From: Bacillus subtilis subsp. subtilis str. 168 | GTDB taxonomy: Bacteria > Bacillota > Bacilli > Bacillales > Bacillaceae | NCBI RefSeq assembly: GCF_000009045.1 | Contig: NC_000964.3 | Span: forward strand, 4,170,001-4,202,000 | Direction: 5' to 3' | DNA length: 32,000 bases | Shown: piece by piece, positions 26,786 to 32,000 of the stretch | Numbering within the stretch: position 1 is the stretch's first letter | Layout of the letters: every line of letters starts with the position of its first letter | Position numbers and translations under genes: made by a program | The notes under the pieces: model-generated | The model's database searches: none | Told to the model about the DNA's origin: nothing | What the model saw: only the letters and a program-made list of their open reading frames with translations

Positions 26786-27721
26786 TCAAGCTTTTTTCTT
26801 AAATTTATGCTGAATTTTGATATCAGCGGGTTCATCCTGCAAAAATAGAGAAAATGCTGCGATGCCGAGCTGCTCAAGATTCAAATCAAGCGACGGAAAA
26901 CCAAGAACACGGCTGATAGAAGTATTTCCCTCGCCTATGATTTCAACATCCCAATTATTCTTTTTGGCAAATAGATGAATTCCAGCTGCCACTTCATCAC
27001 TATTTGCATAAATAGCAGTCGGAACCCGCCCGCTCATATAAAAATGTTCAGCTGCCAGCTCACCATCATTCATATCGTTGCATCCGGACAGCATATGGCG
27101 GTCTTCCAACCTTCCGCAGACAGCTTTATAGGCCGCAGCTTTATCAGCCGTGCTCGGGCTCCTATCAGCTTCTCTGACACACGTAAAAGCAATATTCTCA
27201 TGCCCGCGGCTCTTTAAATAGCGAAAGCTCTCTGCATAAGCAGTTTTTCTGTCATTAAAAGCACAAGGGACATCAATGTCTCCGGTATCCTCACAAGCGA
27301 TGACCGGCCCATATTCCTGATAAGCTAAAATGCTGTCCCAATGATTGGCGCGGGAAGTAATGATGAGACCGTCTATTTTCTTCGTTCTTAACAGCTCTAA
27401 ATATTTGATTTCAATATCGGGGTTATAATTGGTGGGGAGAAGGGTCGTTGCATACTCATGCTGAAAAGCCGCCTTGGTGATTCCGTTAACGATTTTATCA
27501 AAGCAGGGATGATCGCTATAAGGCAGAATCACACCGACCGTATGGGTTTTCCCGCGAATGAGATCGATTGCGGTTCGATTTGGTGTATAATCCAATTCCT
27601 TCATGACTTGATGAACAAGCTTTCTCTTTTCTTCAGATACATACGGATGATGATTCAATACACGCGAGACAGTCGAAACAGATACATTTGCCAGTCTTGC
27701 GATCTCTTTTATATTTGCCAT
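26786..27721 (-). CDS. ccpB: LacI-family regulator (catabolite control protein B)
   Basis: ORF extends to 27991, but ATG 27721 follows [38 protein letters not shown]. Confidence 0.9.
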
Positions 27722-27739
27722 CTCTTTCTCCTTTTCATA

Positions 27740-27775
27740 TAAAAAAAGCAGTAAGTGTAAAATCCTTACTGCTAT
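27740..27775 (-). terminator. Terminator after exoA
   Basis: AGCAGTAAG / CTTACTGCT stem, with TTTTTTT on the minus strand. Confidence 0.7.
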
Positions 27776-27779
27776 CTCA

Positions 27780-28538
27780 TCATATATTGATGATAAGTTC
27801 AACAGGACAATGGTCGGAACCCATGACGTCCGCTGATATGCTGGCATCTTCAATCTGTTCCTTAAGGCTTTCAGAAACAACAAAATAATCAATCCGCCAT
27901 CCAATATTTCTGTCCCGGGCGCCGGCACGATACGACCACCAGGAATAAGCGCCTTCAAGATCAGGATAAACATGACGAAAAGAATCAACAAAGCCAGCTT
28001 CTAAGAAACGAGTGAATGCCTCTCTTTCTTGATCTGAAAATCCAGCGTTATTCCGGTTCGCCTTTGGATTTTTCAAGTCAATCTCCTGATGGGCTACATT
28101 CAAATCACCGCATAAAATCACTGGTTTTTTCTGATCCAATTCAAGAATATAAGACAGTAAAGCCTCTTCCCATTGCATGCGGTAATCAATCCGCTCTAAT
28201 CCCCTTCTGGAATTGGGCGTGTAAACAGTCATCACAAACACGTTTTCAAATTCCAGCGTAATCACTCTGCCTTCTTGGTCATGCTCTTCTACTCCGATAC
28301 CGTAGATGACCTGCAGCGGTTCTTGCTTAGAAAAAACAGCTGTGCCGGAATATCCTTTTTTCACTGCATAATTCCAGTACACATGATAGTCTTCAGGCTG
28401 GAGATCAACCTGGCCGTCCTGTATCTTCGTTTCCTGAAGACATATAATATCTGCATCCTCTTCTTTCAAATAAGAGAGGAAATCCATTTTTCTCATCACA
28501 GCCCGCAGGCCGTTTACATTCCATGAAATCAACTTCAT
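27780..28538 (-). CDS. exoA: Exodeoxyribonuclease III-type AP endonuclease
   Basis: [33 protein letters not shown]. Confidence 0.95.
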   Translation of the reverse strand: MKLISWNVNGLRAVMRKMDFLSYLKEEDADIICLQETKIQDGQVDLQPEDYHVYWNYAVKKGYSGTAVFSKQEPLQVIYGIGVEEHDQEGRVITLEFENVFVMTVYTPNSRRGLERIDYRMQWEEALLSYILELDQKKPVILCGDLNVAHQEIDLKNPKANRNNAGFSDQEREAFTRFLEAGFVDSFRHVYPDLEGAYSWWSYRAGARDRNIGWRIDYFVVSESLKEQIEDASISADVMGSDHCPVELIINI

Positions 28539-28555
28539 GTTTCATCCTCCCCCCT

Positions 28556-28593
28556 ATAAAAAAGAGCAAGAACCCGAAGGTCCTTGCTCTTTA
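28556..28593 (-). terminator. Terminator after rpsR
   Basis: AGAGCAAGGACC...GGTTCTTGCTCT stem followed by TTTTTT on the minus strand. Confidence 0.7.
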
Positions 28594-28602
28594 CATATCA
28601 GC

Positions 28603-28869
<267 letters not shown>

Positions 28870-28885
28870 TTAGGCGATAATCACA

Positions 28886-29404
28886 TTAGAATGGAAGATC
28901 ATCATCCGAGATGTCAATCGGTTTGCCGTCGTTGGCAAATGGGTCATCATTAAAGCTGTTCCCCTGATTGCGTCTCTGGTTGTTTTGATTTCCCCCAAAT
29001 GGATTATCATTTTGGCCTCCGCCAAAGTACTGGCCTCCGCCGCTGTTTCCTTCGTTGTATCCACCTGAACCAGAACCGCCGCCGTTTTTCGGCTCAAGAA
29101 ATTGAACACTTTCAGCTTGGACCTCTGTCACGAAGACACGCTGTCCTTGCTGGTTTTCATAGTTTCTTGTTTGTAAACGGCCATCTACGCCTGCAAGGCT
29201 TCCTTTTTTCAAGAAGTTTGCAACGTTTTCGGCTTGTCTTCTCCAAGTGACACAATTAATGAAATCGGCCTCACGTTCTCCGGACTGGTTCGTAAATGTA
29301 CGATTCACAGCAAGAGTAAACGTAGCAACAGCCGCACCGTTTGGCGTATAACGAAGCTCTGGGTCTTTTGTCAGTCTTCCGACTAATACAACTCGGTTAA
29401 GCAT
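28886..29404 (-). CDS. ssbA: Single-stranded DNA-binding protein
   Basis: [25 protein letters not shown] fold, Gly/Asn/Gln-rich linker, DDDLPF tail. Confidence 0.97.
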   Translation of the reverse strand: MLNRVVLVGRLTKDPELRYTPNGAAVATFTLAVNRTFTNQSGEREADFINCVTWRRQAENVANFLKKGSLAGVDGRLQTRNYENQQGQRVFVTEVQAESVQFLEPKNGGGSGSGGYNEGNSGGGQYFGGGQNDNPFGGNQNNQRRNQGNSFNDDPFANDGKPIDISDDDLPF

Positions 29405-29444
29405 AAGAAAGACCACCTTTTACCATTATATATTTCAAAATTGC

Positions 29445-29810
<366 letters not shown>

Positions 29811-29816
29811 TACCAA

Positions 29817-29845
29817 AGCTCTTGTCCCTTTACAACTGCATCCTA
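29817..29845 (-). promoter_or_regulatory. sigmaA promoter of rpsF-ssbA-rpsR
   Basis: Minus strand: TTGTAA (29845-29840), 17-nt spacer, TATAAT (29822-29817). The -35 box overlaps the ychF stop codon. Confidence 0.6.
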
Positions 29846-30943
29846 TACATTAAATCGGAAATGAATAACATCTCCGTCTTGGACCACATATTCTTTCCCT
29901 TCAAGGCGGACTTTTCCTGCCTCTTTAGCTCCTGCCATACCGCCGCCCGCAAGAAGATCCTCATAAGCAACTGTCTCAGCACGAATGAAGCCCCGCTCAA
30001 AGTCACTATGAATAATTCCTGCACACTCAGGGGCTTTCATGCCTTTTTTGAATGTCCAAGCTCTGACTTCCTGTTCTCCGGCTGTGAAATATGTTGCGAG
30101 GCCGAGAAGAGAGTAAGACGCTTTGATCAGCTGATCAAGACCTGATTCTTGAATGCCCAGCTCTTCCAAGAACATTTGCTTTTCTTCGCCTTCAAGCTCA
30201 GCGATTTCAGATTCGATTTTTGCACACACAACGATAACTTCTGCGTTTTCGCCGGCAGCGTACTCGCGAATCTTCGCTACATTTTCATTGCCAGATGGAT
30301 CAGCAACTTCATCTTCACTTACGTTGGCCACGTACAAAATAGGCTTCGAAGTCAGTAAATGGAGCTGCTTCACAAGCTTTTGCTGCTCTTCAGTGAATTC
30401 TACAGATCGAGCAGGCTTTTCACTCTCAAACGCTTCTTTCAGTTTAGATAAAATCTCAAACTCAAATACAGCGTCTTTATCTTTTTGCTTCGCAAGCTTG
30501 CTGACGCGTGTAATCCGCTTTTCAACTGTTTCCATATCAGCGAGGATCAGCTCAAGGTTGATCGTTTCAATGTCATCAATCGGATCAACCTTTCCGGAAA
30601 CGTGTGTAATGTTGTCATCGGAAAAAGCACGGACAACGTGGCAAATCGCGTCAACTTGGCGAATATGAGATAGGAACTTGTTGCCGAGTCCTTCTCCTTT
30701 AGATGCGCCCTTTACAATCCCTGCAATATCAGTGAATTCAAAAGCAGTCGGCACAGTCTTCTTCGGGTTGACCAGCTCAGTCAGCTTTTGCAGACGATCA
30801 TCCGGCACCTCTACAATTCCCACGTTCGGATCAATTGTACAGAACGGGTAGTTGGCTGATTCGGCACCGGCCTGTGTAATTGCGTTAAATAGTGTTGATT
30901 TTCCGACGTTCGGCAAACCAACAATTCCAGCTGTTAAAGCCAT
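29843..30943 (-). CDS. ychF: Ribosome-binding ATPase YchF (Obg-family GTPase fold)
   Basis: ORF extends to 31030, but ATG 30943 follows [30 protein letters not shown]. 366 aa. Confidence 0.97.
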   Translation of the reverse strand: MALTAGIVGLPNVGKSTLFNAITQAGAESANYPFCTIDPNVGIVEVPDDRLQKLTELVNPKKTVPTAFEFTDIAGIVKGASKGEGLGNKFLSHIRQVDAICHVVRAFSDDNITHVSGKVDPIDDIETINLELILADMETVEKRITRVSKLAKQKDKDAVFEFEILSKLKEAFESEKPARSVEFTEEQQKLVKQLHLLTSKPILYVANVSEDEVADPSGNENVAKIREYAAGENAEVIVVCAKIESEIAELEGEEKQMFLEELGIQESGLDQLIKASYSLLGLATYFTAGEQEVRAWTFKKGMKAPECAGIIHSDFERGFIRAETVAYEDLLAGGGMAGAKEAGKVRLEGKEYVVQDGDVIHFRFNV

Positions 30944-31069
30944 TCTTTCATCTCCTCTATATAAAACCGTCATTGTATGAACGTATTTTGAACCTAGAGC
31001 AATTATAAGGAGGTTCACTGGAAAAGACAAGCTGACAAAAAAGCATTTTCAGCTTGCCAATCCCTTTGA

Positions 31070-32000
31070 TTATGCTTTTTTCAAGCCTACTAAACAGTCA
31101 AAAAGCGTACTTCCCATTCCATTATCAGAATTTGTATCATTTGTCAGTGCATTGACTGACCCTCCAAAAGCCGCCCACATGCCTTCATCTATATTAATCG
31201 TCTTCGCATGAGCCTGCTTCATCACTTTCACCTTGCCCTTCATGCTTCCGCGGTCATTAAAGATGACAACTTCGTCTCCATCCTGAAGATCCTGCCCAGC
31301 CGCTATATCTGGAGAAATATCGACCTGAACGTGCTGAAGCTTTTCAATAAACGGCACATGCTGTGAATGATTGGAACGCTGCGGATGAATGGATAAGAGC
31401 GTATAAGGGTACTTTCCAGCTAACTCCTCATTATGGAAAACAGATTCTTCGGGCACATTTAATTGAAGCGAGCCGCTAAATCCTTTTTGCTCAGCTAGCG
31501 ACGAAGTAAATTCAAATTTTCCACTCGGCGTCAAAAACTGATAATCATCCCACGGCACCTGTTTTACTGGAAGAGGGAGGTGGCCTTTTTCTTTTAAACG
31601 CTCAAGTGTCACATCCTCTGCTTCCAATGAAGAAAGCCCCATCTCTAAAAATTCTTGAGTGCTGTATTCAAACAGCTCGCCAAACCCAAGACGTTTTGCA
31701 AGCTCTGACCAGATCCAGCTGTCCGATTTCGCTTCACCCTGCGGCTCCACAAGCTTCTTCCCGTACTGAACATAATGATGATACATACTGGAATAGTAGA
31801 TATCTTCTTCTTCAAAAACAGTGGCAGTCGGCAAAACATAATCACACAGCTCTGCGGTATCCGTCATAATGGAATCAATCGCGACCGTCATTGGAACCTT
31901 TTCAAATGCTTGTCTCACCTTATTTGTATTCGGCACCTGAGTCAGCGGATTTCCGCACGTCACAATAATCATCTCAATCGCAGGATCAGCAGCGGTCAAC
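31070..32000 (-). CDS. yyaE: Molybdopterin oxidoreductase (MopB superfamily), C-terminal part; 5' end lies outside the window
   Basis: Frame is open to the window edge. C-terminal molybdopterin-dinucleotide-binding barrel (...DGDEVVIFNDRGSMKGKVKV...). Confidence 0.9.
   Translation of the reverse strand, partial: LTAADPAIEMIIVTCGNPLTQVPNTNKVRQAFEKVPMTVAIDSIMTDTAELCDYVLPTATVFEEEDIYYSSMYHHYVQYGKKLVEPQGEAKSDSWIWSELAKRLGFGELFEYSTQEFLEMGLSSLEAEDVTLERLKEKGHLPLPVKQVPWDDYQFLTPSGKFEFTSSLAEQKGFSGSLQLNVPEESVFHNEELAGKYPYTLLSIHPQRSNHSQHVPFIEKLQHVQVDISPDIAAGQDLQDGDEVVIFNDRGSMKGKVKVMKQAHAKTINIDEGMWAAFGGSVNALTNDTNSDNGMGSTLFDCLVGLKKA

Noticed and set aside
26731-26877. N-terminal extension of yyaH (175-aa ORF)
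   Set aside because: The extension overlaps the ccpB 3' end and lacks an RBS. The internal ATG at 26730 has a very strong SD and gives a standard ~126-aa VOC domain.
27722-27991. N-terminal extension of ccpB (401-aa ORF)
   Set aside because: The extension runs through the exoA terminator and into exoA. The LacI HTH begins right after ATG 27721, which has a good SD.
30153-30668. 171-aa plus-strand ORF
   Set aside because: It is antisense to ychF, is Ser-rich and low-complexity, and has no RBS.
30944-31030. N-terminal extension of ychF
   Set aside because: The conserved G1 motif lies 10 residues after ATG 30943, which has a proper SD. The extension has none.

Overview
From memory, this window matches gene for gene the origin-proximal yybO to yyaE segment of a Bacillus subtilis 168-type chromosome. 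I could not run a search, so the gene symbols are recollection supported by motifs read from the translations. The right end (26.3-32 kb) is conserved core on the minus strand: yyaE', ychF, rpsF-ssbA-rpsR, exoA, ccpB, yyaH-maa. The rest is a mosaic of small accessory modules. These include MFS, EamA and ABC transporters, LysR, MarR and MerR regulators, four GNAT or hexapeptide acetyltransferases (including streptothricin acetyltransferase satA), tet(L)-type tetB with its leader peptide, a metallo-beta-lactamase-fold hydrolase, a DHFR-like reductase, a CPBP protease and a pentapeptide-repeat protein. There are no rRNA, tRNA or CRISPR features. Three structural signals stand out. (1) The 3' end of yybO is present three times (one intact, two decayed). 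These copies delimit two inserts, one of which is a very AT-rich 4.6-kb island carrying a transposase relic plus yybN-M-L-K-J (secreted small protein, three paralogous ABC-2-like permeases, one ATPase). (2) The RBS plus the first ~55 codons of yyaL is present four times, with decay increasing with distance from the intact gene. These copies delimit three cassettes (yyaQ-yyaP, tetB, yyaN-yyaM), an integron-like serial-insertion array with no visible recombinase. (3) There are further relics: a yybH 5' duplicate fused to an orphan gene tail, a possible LysR tail, and the yybD/yyaT paralog pair bracketing an insert. Several CDS starts were moved inward from the ORF-track maxima on the basis of Shine-Dalgarno placement.
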